A DNA stretch of 32,000 bases from Demequinaceae bacterium (GCA_965250005.1 OZ252279.1:1860001-1892000), one strand, 5' to 3'; shown: positions 1 through 8,839, counted from the stretch's first letter. A program made the numbers and translations. The notes: generated by a model not told the origin, from the letters alone.

Positions 1-208
1 CATCGCTGAGGGAGCGAACGTCCGTGATGCGGTCGCGCGCGCCCTCGAGGAGCTGTTGGCATCGAACGGCTAGCGCCTCGCCTCGCTCCCAGAGCGTGAG
101 CGAATCCTCAAGGGTCACCTCGCCGGCTTCCAACTTGGCGACGATCACCACGAGTTCATCGCGGGCTTGTTCGTACGTGAGGTTCTCGATTTCGACGGGC
201 GTATTCAC
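1..208 (-). CDS. xseB: Exodeoxyribonuclease VII small subunit (C-terminal end cut by the window start)
   Basis: Reverse strand from the GTG at 208-206 reads VNTPVEIENLTYEQARDELVVIVAKLEAGEVTLEDSLTLWERGEALAVRCQQLLEGARDRITDVRSLSD..., the helical XseB pattern. An in-frame TAG four codons upstream fixes the start. The ORF is open at the window edge, so it is missing from the ORF track. It is on the same strand as xseA and downstream of it. Confidence 0.8.
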   Translation of the reverse strand, partial: MNTPVEIENLTYEQARDELVVIVAKLEAGEVTLEDSLTLWERGEALAVRCQQLLEGARDRITDVRSLSD

Positions 209-352
209 GCCATCACGCTACAACCTCGCGGCGCACTCTTGTGGAGAAATCCTGCCAGTGCCAACATTCTTGTGAAAAACCGCGTCATAAGAGCACAGGT
301 CACGCCTCTCATTACATATAGAGCTACATCAGTACACAATGGGGTGAACGAC

Positions 353-793
353 ATGTTTAGTGAAGAATACGGTCGCCAGACGGCCCTTGGAAGTGCGAAG
401 AAGGCCCTTGATCCGAACTTGACCGACGATGAACTCGCCGGAATGGCACGTTCGGACGAAGTGAAGATTCGTGCAGTTGTGGCCGAGCGGACGCAAACGC
501 CGCTCACGTCGCTTCTGCAACTCGCGAACGACCCGGCGCCTGCAGTCCGTGCCGGCGTTGCTCGTAATCCGCGAACGGACATCCCGATTGATGTCCGCGA
601 CAGCCTTGCCCAGGATAAGAATCCCGAGGTCCTCCATGCGCTCATCCGCTGTGAGGCTGTGCCCCCGGAGATTTTGTCGCGACTGGGACGGTCGTGGAAC
701 CGTGACGTCGCAGCGGCAGCGAAGGTGCGCGCGAAGAGCCTCAAAACAGTTCCCCCGCTCGCCGTCGGTTCGGTGGGGCTCGCCTCCAGCTGA
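353..793 (+). CDS. Small repeat protein (LRV/HEAT-like repeats), function unknown
   Basis: ORF 167..793 trimmed to the ATG at 353 (MFSEEYG...). Repeated units of the type DEVKIRAVVAERTQTP / NDPAPAVRAGVARNPRTD / KNPEVLHALIRCEAVPP resemble leucine-rich-repeat-variant repeats. A strong terminator follows. The antisense ORF 205..822 is R/S/A-rich and looks non-coding. Confidence 0.6.
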   Translation: MFSEEYGRQTALGSAKKALDPNLTDDELAGMARSDEVKIRAVVAERTQTPLTSLLQLANDPAPAVRAGVARNPRTDIPIDVRDSLAQDKNPEVLHALIRCEAVPPEILSRLGRSWNRDVAAAAKVRAKSLKTVPPLAVGSVGLASS

Positions 794-832
794 GGGGGAG
801 GCGAGTTCGCCCGAACCGCCACATTCGACTTG

Positions 833-868
833 GAGCGGTCGGCGCTGTGAGGCGCCGGCCGCTCTTTT
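833..868 (+). terminator. Intrinsic terminator after the LRV-like gene
   Basis: GAGCGGtCGGCGC-tgtgag-GCGCCGgCCGCTC forms a 13-bp stem (12 Watson-Crick pairs plus 1 G.U) with a 6-nt loop, followed by TTTT (865-868). The T-tract overlaps the xseA stop codon on the other strand. Confidence 0.7.
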
Positions 869-2105
869 AGGTTGCCGGGCGCGCCTCGGTGACAGCCGCC
901 GCGGCCTCGCCTGCGGCGAAACGGATGGTGAGGGGATCGCCAGGAGTAAGCGTCCCGGCGTTCCTCACCACTTCTCCCGCCGGGGAGTGCACTACGGCGT
1001 ATCCCCGATCGAGCGTGGACTGTGGGGACAGCGCCCGCAGGCTCGCCTTCAACTCCGTGAGCCCTCCCTGGGCTCCGGAGAGAATGGCAACAAGGGCGCG
1101 TCCACTCGACTGAGCAACGCGGGCGAGTTCCTGCTTGTGCGGGTCGATGAGCATGTTCGGGTGGACCATTACTGGCCGTGTCAAGTAGGCGATGAGCGCT
1201 TCGGCTTCGCGATCGAGCCGGGATTCGATTGACGCTCGTATGCTCGCGAGCGCACCCGCCACTCCGCGCGCTTCTTGAGCGGCGTCGGGGACGATGCGCT
1301 TGCCTGCGTCGGTCGGCGTCGACGCGCGCAGGTCGGCGACCAGGTCGAACAACGGGTTGTCTTTCTCGTGGCCGATGGCGCTTACCAAAGGAGTGACACA
1401 GTTTGCCGCGACCCGGAGCAGGGCCTCGGCGCTAAACGGAAGAAGGTCTTCAAGAGAGCCACCGCCGCGCGCAACCACGATCACGTCAACGTCCGGGTGT
1501 GCGTCGAGTTCTCTTATCGCCGCGCTCGTCTCGGGGACGCAGTTGGCGCCCTGGACCGTGACCCGGCGGATCTCGAACTTCACAGACGGCCAGCGTTCGG
1601 TGGCGTTGACCAACACGTCATGTTCGGCGTCGCCCTGGTTTGCGCACACTAGGCCAACGAGCTTGGGGACGAACGGCAGCGGCACCTTGCGATCGTCAGC
1701 AAACAGTCCTTCCTTGGCGAGGGCCTCGCGCAGTTTCTCGATGCGCGCGAGCAGGTCCCCAATCCCCACGGCGCGCAGTTCGCGCGCGTTCAGTTGGAAA
1801 GACCCATTCTTGAGTCGCCATTCAGGCTTGGCGTGGAGAACCACCTGTGCGCCGTCCGCCAGTGGTTGGTCCAGAGCGTCAACTTCGCTCGCGGGAACCA
1901 CTGCGCTCAGCGACATCTCGGCCTCAGCGTCGCGCAGCGTGAGGAATACCAGTTGGCGCCAGCGCTTCACGTTGACAGCCTGCCCCTCGACCCACACGGG
2001 CGACATCTTGTCGACGTAGTCCTTGATCTTGGGGGAGAGGTGGCGAACGGGCCACGGGCGTTCGGGTGAGGTGTCCGATGCGGTCTCTGGCAGTGGCTGC
2101 GTCAC
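867..2105 (-). CDS. xseA: Exodeoxyribonuclease VII large subunit
   Basis: 412-aa ORF with an OB-fold-like N-terminus and XseA core motifs (VVARGGGSLEDLLPF, AIGHEKDNPLFDLVADLRASTPT). Confidence 0.92.
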   Translation of the reverse strand: MTQPLPETASDTSPERPWPVRHLSPKIKDYVDKMSPVWVEGQAVNVKRWRQLVFLTLRDAEAEMSLSAVVPASEVDALDQPLADGAQVVLHAKPEWRLKNGSFQLNARELRAVGIGDLLARIEKLREALAKEGLFADDRKVPLPFVPKLVGLVCANQGDAEHDVLVNATERWPSVKFEIRRVTVQGANCVPETSAAIRELDAHPDVDVIVVARGGGSLEDLLPFSAEALLRVAANCVTPLVSAIGHEKDNPLFDLVADLRASTPTDAGKRIVPDAAQEARGVAGALASIRASIESRLDREAEALIAYLTRPVMVHPNMLIDPHKQELARVAQSSGRALVAILSGAQGGLTELKASLRALSPQSTLDRGYAVVHSPAGEVVRNAGTLTPGDPLTIRFAAGEAAAAVTEARPAT

Positions 2106-2231
2106 GGCACCAGCGTGCCACGAGAGGCCTGGCTGTGCCTACTTCCGGGCAAGCGATGGCGCTGGTGACGGCACGCGCGCATATCGTGGAGGAGACTACG
2201 GACACCTGCGGGCAGACCAGTCGCAGCGGGC

Positions 2232-2258
2232 TTGATAGGTGCAGGCGCACCGTAGGAT
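2232..2258 (+). promoter_or_regulatory. Putative ispH promoter, leaderless-type
   Basis: TTGATA (2232-2237), 15 nt, then TAGGAT (2253-2258, TANNNT type) ending 6 nt before the ATG at 2265, with no Shine-Dalgarno in between. This is a pattern match only. Confidence 0.3.
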
Positions 2259-2264
2259 TGACCC

Positions 2265-3248
2265 ATGCCTGCACTCCTCGACAAGCGAGTTCTTCTTGCT
2301 GCCCCTCGCGGGTACTGCGCCGGAGTAGACCGCGCGGTGATTGCGGTAGAGAAGGCTCTCGAAATCCATGGATCCCCAATCTATGTGCGCAAGGAAATCG
2401 TCCACAACAAGTACGTGGTCGAGACGTTGAGTGATCGAGGCGCGATCTTCGTCAACGAAACTGACGAGGTTCCCGAAGGAGCCCGCGTGGTGTTTTCTGC
2501 CCACGGCGTCTCGCCTGCGGTACGGGATGCTGCAGACGCGCGCAACCTCATCAGCATGGACGCCACCTGCCCGTTGGTGACCAAGGTTCATAAGGAGGCA
2601 GTCCGTTTTGCCAAGGCAAATCAGACCATCTTGCTGATTGGGCACGACGGCCATGAGGAGGTTGAAGGTACGGCGGGAGAAGCGCCGGAGCACACTATCG
2701 TCGTCAACTCTCCCGCCGAAGCCGACACCGTTGAGGTGCCCGATCCAGAGAACGTGGTGTGGCTGTCCCAGACCACGCTCAGCGTGGACGAGACCATGGA
2801 AACCGTGAGTCGCCTGCGGGCGCGCTTCCCCGCGCTCCAGGATCCGCCCAGCTCCGACATTTGCTACGCAACACAAAACCGCCAGGTGGCCGTCAAGAAG
2901 CTCGCTCCTGATTGCGAGCTGGTGATAGTCGTGGGCTCGGCGAACTCGTCCAACTCGGTGCGACTGGTTGAGGTCGCGCTTCAACACGGTGCTGACGCGT
3001 CATACCGGATCGATCGCGCCGTCGAGATGGAGAACGCCTGGTTTGAGGGCGTCACTTCGGTGGGCGTCACGTCCGGAGCATCAGTGCCCGAGATTCTTGT
3101 GCGGGACGTGCTCGATGATCTCGCGAAGCGCGGCTACGAAACCGTTGAAGAGGTGCGCACGGCGACCGAGGACCTGATGTTCTCGCTTCCCCACGAGATC
3201 CGCGCAGACCTCAAGGCCAAAGAGGCCGAGAATGCGATGAAGGCATGA
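2265..3248 (+). CDS. ispH: 4-hydroxy-3-methylbut-2-enyl diphosphate reductase (LytB/IspH)
   Basis: 327 aa. Carries [48 protein letters not shown] and SANSSNS motifs, including the three cluster-binding Cys of IspH. Confidence 0.95.
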   Translation: MPALLDKRVLLAAPRGYCAGVDRAVIAVEKALEIHGSPIYVRKEIVHNKYVVETLSDRGAIFVNETDEVPEGARVVFSAHGVSPAVRDAADARNLISMDATCPLVTKVHKEAVRFAKANQTILLIGHDGHEEVEGTAGEAPEHTIVVNSPAEADTVEVPDPENVVWLSQTTLSVDETMETVSRLRARFPALQDPPSSDICYATQNRQVAVKKLAPDCELVIVVGSANSSNSVRLVEVALQHGADASYRIDRAVEMENAWFEGVTSVGVTSGASVPEILVRDVLDDLAKRGYETVEEVRTATEDLMFSLPHEIRADLKAKEAENAMKA

Positions 3249-3424
3249 CCGGGCTGGAGGAGTTTTTTCACCCGGAGGCTGCGGACGCGCGCCGTGAGCT
3301 TGACGCACAGAAGGAATTGCTCGCCCCAGTTGCTGTACCCGGCGACCCGATTCTCACCGCAGACGGCATGGAAATCGTGATTCCCGATTTGAGCGACGTG
3401 CCGGTCGACCCGACGGACGATTAG
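3245..3424 (+). CDS. Small acidic ORF (59 aa) start/stop-overlapped with ispH, unknown function
   Basis: The ATG at 3245 overlaps the ispH TGA (ATGA). Its 59 codons are below the cutoff of the ORF track: [59 protein letters not shown]. Third-position G/C bias matches its neighbours. No family recognised. Confidence 0.35.
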   Translation: MTGLEEFFHPEAADARRELDAQKELLAPVAVPGDPILTADGMEIVIPDLSDVPVDPTDD

Positions 3425-3437
3425 TCCGTGCGAACAA

Positions 3438-4700
3438 CTAGTCCTTCGACTTCTCGATCTTCTTGACTTCGCGGACCTGCAGGTCCAGCGTCTCGGGCGC
3501 CTCGATCGCGTTGTCCACAACCTTGAGTTCGGCGAGGCGCCGCGAGCCGGGCAGCACGCTCTTCTCGTAGGAGCCGACGACGCCGTCGTAGGCCTTGCCC
3601 GCGGTGTCGAGCGCGCGTCCCAACTTCTGGAAGTGCTCGCCCATGGTGAGCAGGCGTTTGTGCAGTTCTTGGCCGGCGCTGAGCACGGACTGAGCGTTGT
3701 CGGCCAGCGCCGCCTCTTTCCACGCGTGCGCGACCGTTCGCAGCATCGCCACGAGCGTGGTGGGCGTGGCAATCACGACGTTCTTGGTGAACGCGTACTC
3801 CTGGAGCGCGGGGTCCTGTTCAAGCGCGGCCTGGTAGAACGCCTCGGACGGAACGAACATCACGACGAATTCCGGCGAGGGCGAGAACTGGTCCCAGTAC
3901 TTTTTGGAGGCGAGGTCGTCCACGTGCTTCTTGACGTGCCGGGCGTGCGCGAGCAGGCGCTCGGCACGCACCTTCTCATCCTCCGTCTCGAACGCCTCGA
4001 TGAGAGCGGCGAGCGCGACCTTGGAGTCGACGACGACGCTCTTGCCGCCAGCCAGGTTCACCACCATGTCGGGCCGCAGGTTGTTTCCCTCGCCATCCTT
4101 CACGTTTTCTTGTTCGGTGAAGTCCACGTTGTTCACCATGCCTGCGAGCTCGACCACGCGGCGCAGCTGGACCTCTCCCCAGTTGCCGCGCACATCGGAG
4201 CGGCGCAGAGTGTTGATGAAGTCCGTAGTGCTCTTGTCGAGCTTTTGGGACGCCGAGATCATGTGCGTTACTTGTTCGCGGAGCGCGGCCTGTCCCTCGG
4301 CCCGCATTTTGTCTGCCTCGCCGGTCTGTTTCTTCACCTCGTCGAGCGCCTTCGCCATGGGCTCGACCATTTTCTTCACGGACTCCTCGCGCTTGGCTAG
4401 CTCGGCGTCTTGGTGCTGCGCCGTGCGCTTGAAGCGCTCGTCCGCCATCTGGAGGAACTGTTCGGAGTTCTTGGCGAGCACGTCAGCGCTGAGCGCCTTG
4501 AACTGCGAGGACATCTGCGCGTACTGCTCTTTGAGATCGCCAATGCGGCGGTCGGCCTCTTCGCGAACCCGCGCTTCGCGTTCGTCGGCGCGCTTGTTGG
4601 CGACGGTCTCGGTGCGCGCTGAGGACCGCGCGACGGCGATGGAGTATGCGACGACGGCGCCCAGGGCAATGCCACTGAGAGCAAACAAGAGTTCAGTCAT
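3438..4700 (-). CDS. rmuC: DNA recombination protein RmuC
   Basis: 420 aa with an N-terminal TM helix, a long coiled coil and the RmuC nuclease core (RGNWGEVQLRRVVE, LRPDMVVNLAGGKSVVVDSK, EFVVMFVPSE). Confidence 0.9.
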   Translation of the reverse strand: MTELLFALSGIALGAVVAYSIAVARSSARTETVANKRADEREARVREEADRRIGDLKEQYAQMSSQFKALSADVLAKNSEQFLQMADERFKRTAQHQDAELAKREESVKKMVEPMAKALDEVKKQTGEADKMRAEGQAALREQVTHMISASQKLDKSTTDFINTLRRSDVRGNWGEVQLRRVVELAGMVNNVDFTEQENVKDGEGNNLRPDMVVNLAGGKSVVVDSKVALAALIEAFETEDEKVRAERLLAHARHVKKHVDDLASKKYWDQFSPSPEFVVMFVPSEAFYQAALEQDPALQEYAFTKNVVIATPTTLVAMLRTVAHAWKEAALADNAQSVLSAGQELHKRLLTMGEHFQKLGRALDTAGKAYDGVVGSYEKSVLPGSRRLAELKVVDNAIEAPETLDLQVREVKKIEKSKD

Positions 4701-4769
4701 GCGACAACTCTGTCACGCGCGTGCGACAGGGGAGCGGGTACGCGCCGATCTGTGTGTTGCGCGCGGGAT

Positions 4770-5306
4770 CTACGTGGCGAGCAGTTTCTTGAGCGTCGCA
4801 ATCGCGCGCACCGAGTAGTGAGCCTTGAACCGCGCCACATCGAGAGTCTTTTGGATCTTGCCCGCCGTGGTCCGGCCCTTGAAGGCCCAGTAGTACAGCC
4901 CGAGCGGAGCGGTTGCGAGCGCCTCGGCGGCTGGCTTCACCTCGGTGGTCTCCAAGATTTCTCGCGCTATCGCGGTGTCGTCCATGAGGATCGCGTAGTG
5001 CTGGCGCTCCGCGTCCGTTGGATCCCATGGGTACGCGTCCACCATCGCGCGCACGTCGTCGGCCTCAAAGCACAGCACAATGGTGTCGATCGAAAACTCG
5101 GTTTGCAGCACGATCTCAATGGCGGCGCGAGCGCGGGCTAAGGTCAGCGCAGTCGTCACGGACACGTTCCCGGACGCGAGCACCGTTGCGACGTCCGCGA
5201 ACCCCGTTCGCTCGAGTGCGCCCCTCAAGTCCGCCATCGCCACTAGGTTGTTCCCGCCAACGTTGATTCCCCGGGGAAACGCGAACACACGCCGGGCGTC
5301 AGTCAC
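4770..5306 (-). CDS. DUF1697-family protein
   Basis: 178 aa. The N-terminal FPRGINVGGNNLVAMADLRGALERTGFADVATVLASGNV matches the DUF1697 signature. Confidence 0.8.
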   Translation of the reverse strand: MTDARRVFAFPRGINVGGNNLVAMADLRGALERTGFADVATVLASGNVSVTTALTLARARAAIEIVLQTEFSIDTIVLCFEADDVRAMVDAYPWDPTDAERQHYAILMDDTAIAREILETTEVKPAAEALATAPLGLYYWAFKGRTTAGKIQKTLDVARFKAHYSVRAIATLKKLLAT

Positions 5307-5359
5307 GTGACTATCCTAATATGGAACCGAGGCTAGTGACAGGCGCCGACGCTTCGCGG

Positions 5360-5857
5360 CTACTCGCCCCAGGGCTCTGCTACGCCAACCCCCACGATGG
5401 CCTCGCCGTCTACGGAGAACTCGGCGTGATCGTGAGCGGCGAGATAGACCTCGAAAGTCGAGTCGAGGGTCCCGGCGGTGATGTGTGCGTCCGGCCCGTA
5501 GAAGCGGCCAATCTTCACACCGTCGACGTATATGTGCGCATGGCCTTCGCCTGCGACGCGGTCGCCGTTGACCAAATCCGGCGCCCACACGAAGTTCGTG
5601 GTCTCAATGTGCACGTTGAAGCCGGACGCCGCGTCCTGAATCACGGAGAATTCGACGGTGGGAACTCCGGCCGCGGGGACGTCAAAGAGCGTGTGTTCGG
5701 TCACCACGTTCGGCTCGGGCTCGGGTGGCGCGACCGTTACGGTCACGGCAGGTGTAGGTTCTGCGACGGCGGCTGCGCCGGTGAACGACCCAGTTAGTGC
5801 CGCGGCGCTCGCGGCAATGATGGCGAGCGCGACGCTCACAGCGAGTGCGGCTTTCAT
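5360..5857 (-). CDS. Secreted protein, unknown function
   Basis: 165 aa with signal peptide MKAALAVSVALAIIAASAAALTG, a Pro/Glu-rich spacer and a beta-rich domain containing GEGHAHIYVDG. No confident family. Confidence 0.6.
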   Translation of the reverse strand: MKAALAVSVALAIIAASAAALTGSFTGAAAVAEPTPAVTVTVAPPEPEPNVVTEHTLFDVPAAGVPTVEFSVIQDAASGFNVHIETTNFVWAPDLVNGDRVAGEGHAHIYVDGVKIGRFYGPDAHITAGTLDSTFEVYLAAHDHAEFSVDGEAIVGVGVAEPWGE

Positions 5858-5953
5858 GGTGGTGCTCCTCTGAACGGTGTGTGTACGTGTAACTGCACAC
5901 TTCTGACATTAGGTCCTTTCTCCTGATCGGGCGAAGTGCCTCGCGCGCGCCAG

Positions 5954-5959
5954 TAGACT
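5954..5959 (+). promoter_or_regulatory. Putative -10 hexamer for a leaderless ychF
   Basis: TAGACT (TANNNT type) ends 7 nt before the GTG start at 5967, with no Shine-Dalgarno. Pattern match only. Confidence 0.3.
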
Positions 5960-5966
5960 TTCGCGC

Positions 5967-7052
5967 GTGGCCCTAACTATCGGAATCGTCGGACTACCCA
6001 ATGTTGGTAAGTCCACCTTGTTCAATGCGCTGACGCGCGCGGAGGTGCTCGCGGCGAACTATCCGTTCGCGACTATTGAGCCCAACATCGGTGTGGTTCC
6101 GCTGCCGGATGCCCGCCTAGGCAAGCTCGCCCAGGTCTTCGGGTCAGCGCGCGAGCTTCCGGCCACGGTCTCGTTCGTCGACATCGCAGGCATCGTCAAG
6201 GGCGCGTCCGAGGGCGAGGGGCTGGGCAATGCGTTCCTCGCCAATATTCGCGAAGCCGACGCCATCTGCCAGGTGACGCGAGCGTTCGAGGACCCGGATG
6301 TGACACATGTGGACGGCAAGGTGGACGCGGCGTCGGACATGGAGACCATCTCCACTGAGTTGGGTCTCGCAGACCTGCAGACGCTTGAGAAGGTCATCGC
6401 GCGAGTGGAAAAGGAGGTGCGCATCAAGAAGGCTGAGCCTGGCTACCTGGACGCGTGCGTCAAGGCCAAGGCGATTCTTGAGAGCGGGCAGACTCTCTCC
6501 GCAGGTGCTTCTGCCGCCAAGTTAGACCTCGACGACATCCGCGACCTCTCCCTTCTTACGGCCAAGCCATTCATCTACGTCTTCAATACGGACGACGCGG
6601 GCCTTGCCGACGATGAGGCCAAGGCGGGCCTCGCCGCGCAGGTCGCGCCGTCTGAGGCGATCTTCTTGGACGCCAAGTTTGAGTCGGAGCTGGTTGACCT
6701 GACACCGGACGAGGCCGCTGAGATGCTTGCTGAAAGCGGCCAGGCAGAGTCAGGTCTCGATCAGCTCGCGCGCGTCGGTTTTGAGACGCTGGGCCTGCAG
6801 GCCTACCTGACCGCAGGCCCCAAGGAAGCGCGAGCATGGACCATCCATAAGGGATGGACCGCGCCTCAGGCAGCGGGAGTCATTCACACTGACTTCGAGA
6901 AGGGCTTCATTAAGGCCGAGGTGGTCTCGTTCGATGACCTCATGACTGCGGGCACCATGGCCGAAGCGAAGGCCGCGGGCAAAGTCCGCATGGAGGGCAA
7001 GGACTACGTGATGGCCGACGGCGACGTAGTGGAGTTCCGCTTCAACAACTAG
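5967..7052 (+). CDS. ychF: Ribosome-binding ATPase YchF
   Basis: 361 aa with a GTG start, P-loop GLPNVGKSTLFNALT and a YchF-type C-terminal domain (MEGKDYVMADGDVVEFRFN). Confidence 0.95.
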   Translation: MALTIGIVGLPNVGKSTLFNALTRAEVLAANYPFATIEPNIGVVPLPDARLGKLAQVFGSARELPATVSFVDIAGIVKGASEGEGLGNAFLANIREADAICQVTRAFEDPDVTHVDGKVDAASDMETISTELGLADLQTLEKVIARVEKEVRIKKAEPGYLDACVKAKAILESGQTLSAGASAAKLDLDDIRDLSLLTAKPFIYVFNTDDAGLADDEAKAGLAAQVAPSEAIFLDAKFESELVDLTPDEAAEMLAESGQAESGLDQLARVGFETLGLQAYLTAGPKEARAWTIHKGWTAPQAAGVIHTDFEKGFIKAEVVSFDDLMTAGTMAEAKAAGKVRMEGKDYVMADGDVVEFRFNN

Positions 7053-7196
7053 AACTTCGTCCAAGTTTGCTCCTCAGAGACGGGGGAGATGAGGACGAAC
7101 GAGACTCCATAGCATGTTTTCTAGCCCTTTTGCAGGACCTTAGTCCCTTTTTGGTTGCGAGAAACGAGAACTGGGCGTACTTTTGTGTTAGGAGCG

Positions 7197-7212
7197 TGTG
7201 ACGTTCGTCACA
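7197..7212. promoter_or_regulatory. Perfect CRP/GlxR-type palindrome, site 1
   Basis: TGTGAcgttcgTCACA matches all 10 positions of the TGTGA-N6-TCACA consensus. It lies 95-110 nt upstream of the ATG at 7307. Confidence 0.7.
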
Positions 7213-7219
7213 GGTTTCG

Positions 7220-7235
7220 TGTGATTCACGTCACA
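7220..7235. promoter_or_regulatory. Perfect CRP/GlxR-type palindrome, site 2
   Basis: TGTGAttcacgTCACA is a second perfect TGTGA-N6-TCACA. Its centre is 23 bp from site 1, and it lies 72-87 nt upstream of the ATG at 7307. Confidence 0.7.
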
Positions 7236-7306
7236 CTGCGTGGCCCGCATTTCGCCTTATACGTAGCGAAGGCCACAAAATAACTGGCACGAGGGAGATT
7301 TTCGAT

Positions 7307-8302
7307 ATGACTACTATTCGGGAATATCTTACGAGGGCGAACATCATGGCCCTCGTCGGCATGGTCGCGTTGGCAGTTGTGGCCGTCATGGCCGCCGCCC
7401 CATCGGCATCGGCCACAAGTAGCAGCAACAAGAATGGGACTGAGTACTGGCTCGCTGAGTACCCGGACGCACTGTACTGCTACAAGTACGACCCACCCGA
7501 GACCAGCACAAGCCATGGAGTCCTGTCGAACGGTGGCCTCTCGGTGACGCTCAGCACGTATGGCTCGAGTTGGCCTGGTGACCACTGGGAAGTTCTCATC
7601 GTCAAGGGCGGCAATTCCGGCCTCACAGGTGACGGTAACGCGGTCTACGAGCACCCATCTTCGGGAGTCGCCTACTATCCGCCGCTGAACTCGGGCGGTA
7701 GCGAGCCACTAGTGTCGCACTGGATCGTCTGTAAGGGTGAATACCCGACGCCAACTCCGACGCCAAGTTCGACGCCAACTCCGACGCCAAGTTCGACGCC
7801 AACTCCGACGCCGACGCCTACACCGACGCCTACACCGACGCCTACGCCGACGCCTACACCGACGCCTACACCGACGCCAACTCCGACGCCTACGCCTACG
7901 CCGACGCCTACGCCAACTCCGACGCCTACGCCAACTCCGACGCCGACGCCTACACCGACGCCAAGTTCGACGCCGACGCCGACGCCTACGCCTACGCCGA
8001 CGCCTACGCCTACGCCTACGCCTACGCCTACACCGACGCCTACACCGACGCCAAGTTCGACGCCGACGCCTACGCCGACGCCTACACCGACGCCAAGTTC
8101 GACGCCGACGCCTACGCCTACGCCGACGCCTACGCCGACTGAGACGATCGTTCTTGAAACGTTCGAATCGCCGACGGAAAGCATCCTCGCCGAAACTGGC
8201 GCAAGCGAAGACTGGTCGCGTACGGCTGGACTTGCTATCACGTTGCTTCTTGCTGGACTAGTCCTCATGTGGGCGCGTCCTGCGAACGAGCAGCAGCTGT
8301 AA
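7307..8302 (+). CDS. Cell-wall-anchored surface protein: signal peptide, small Cys-containing head, Thr-Pro stalk, LAETG sorting signal
   Basis: 331 aa. N-terminal hydrophobic signal ([26 protein letters not shown]), a head of about 110 aa, a (TP)n stalk with periodic PSST, then LAETG (8186-8200), the hydrophobic stretch [16 protein letters not shown] and a tail containing Arg. RBS GAGGGAG precedes the ATG. Confidence 0.88.
   Translation: MTTIREYLTRANIMALVGMVALAVVAVMAAAPSASATSSSNKNGTEYWLAEYPDALYCYKYDPPETSTSHGVLSNGGLSVTLSTYGSSWPGDHWEVLIVKGGNSGLTGDGNAVYEHPSSGVAYYPPLNSGGSEPLVSHWIVCKGEYPTPTPTPSSTPTPTPSSTPTPTPTPTPTPTPTPTPTPTPTPTPTPTPTPTPTPTPTPTPTPTPTPTPTPTPTPSSTPTPTPTPTPTPTPTPTPTPTPTPTPTPSSTPTPTPTPTPTPSSTPTPTPTPTPTPTETIVLETFESPTESILAETGASEDWSRTAGLAITLLLAGLVLMWARPANEQQL
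7745..8140 (+). repeat. Thr-Pro coding microsatellite (6-bp ACN-CCN periodicity, 132 codons)
   Basis: Runs of ccgacgcctaca / ccaactccgacg / ccaagttcgacg units. In frame with the gene it reads [12 protein letters not shown]... Confidence 0.95.
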
Positions 8303-8338
8303 CCGCACAGGTCACATAGAATTCTAGGGAGACGAGCC

Positions 8339-8839
8339 ATGATGTGGAACGGTCTGACAACGCCGGACGGCGGGGCGCGACGCGCCTCGCTGGCCGGGTT
8401 CGGAGCGCTAGCCCTTTCGGCGGCGCTTGCGGTAGTGGTCTCTTCGGGACCCGCCGCAGCTGATACCACAACCTCCGTTGCGAACCTCTCGGTGAGTGCG
8501 TCGGCCTCCATGGCTGACGCACTCCCCGGAGAGTCGCTCATTGTCGCCTTCGACGTGACGAACGACGGAAGTCAGGACGCGGATGGCGTGGCGATCTTTG
8601 CCGCCCTTGACGCGGGCTTGAGTCTCACGAATGCCGGCGCAGTGCCGGTGTCCGTGGATATCTCTGCAGGATCCTCGGTGACTCTCAGTTTCGAACTTGC
8701 CGTTGACCATGTTCTTGATACGGATGTTTCGGAACTGACGGTGGACGTGAGTACGTCCACGGGAGCGTCGGCAACCGTGACAGTTGAGGTCCTCACCCAG
8801 GAACTCGTGTCAATCGTCGGCGAAGAGCCGGCACCCTAG
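8339..8839 (+). CDS. Small secreted protein (DUF11/CARDB-like beta domain), unknown function
   Basis: 166 aa with an Arg-containing n-region, signal peptide (SLAGFGALALSAALAVVVSSGPAAA) and an Ig-like-looking repeat domain (LSVSASASMADALPGESLIVAFDVTNDGSQDADGV...). No anchor motif. Confidence 0.6.
   Translation: MMWNGLTTPDGGARRASLAGFGALALSAALAVVVSSGPAAADTTTSVANLSVSASASMADALPGESLIVAFDVTNDGSQDADGVAIFAALDAGLSLTNAGAVPVSVDISAGSSVTLSFELAVDHVLDTDVSELTVDVSTSTGASATVTVEVLTQELVSIVGEEPAP

Noticed and set aside
205-822. 205-aa minus-strand ORF spanning the xseA-xseB gap, which would have made the region co-linear with the operon.
   Set aside because: It has the R/S/A/T-rich low-complexity composition typical of an antisense frame in G+C-rich DNA. 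The + strand ORF has repeat structure, a plausible start and its own terminator.
3134-4818. Several 200-300-aa ORFs (3134..3772 minus, 3633..4400 plus, 3904..4818 plus) overlapping rmuC.
   Set aside because: These are alternative-frame or antisense ORFs of a G+C-rich gene. rmuC has clear family motifs and the others are low-complexity.
7675-8541. Long ORFs over the first Thr-Pro repeat: 288-aa GVGVGV-type on the minus strand and 174-aa RRQLRR-type at 7737..8261 on the plus strand.
   Set aside because: These are translation artefacts of a stop-free ACN/CCN microsatellite. The in-frame reading with signal peptide and LAETG anchor (7307..8302) explains the DNA.
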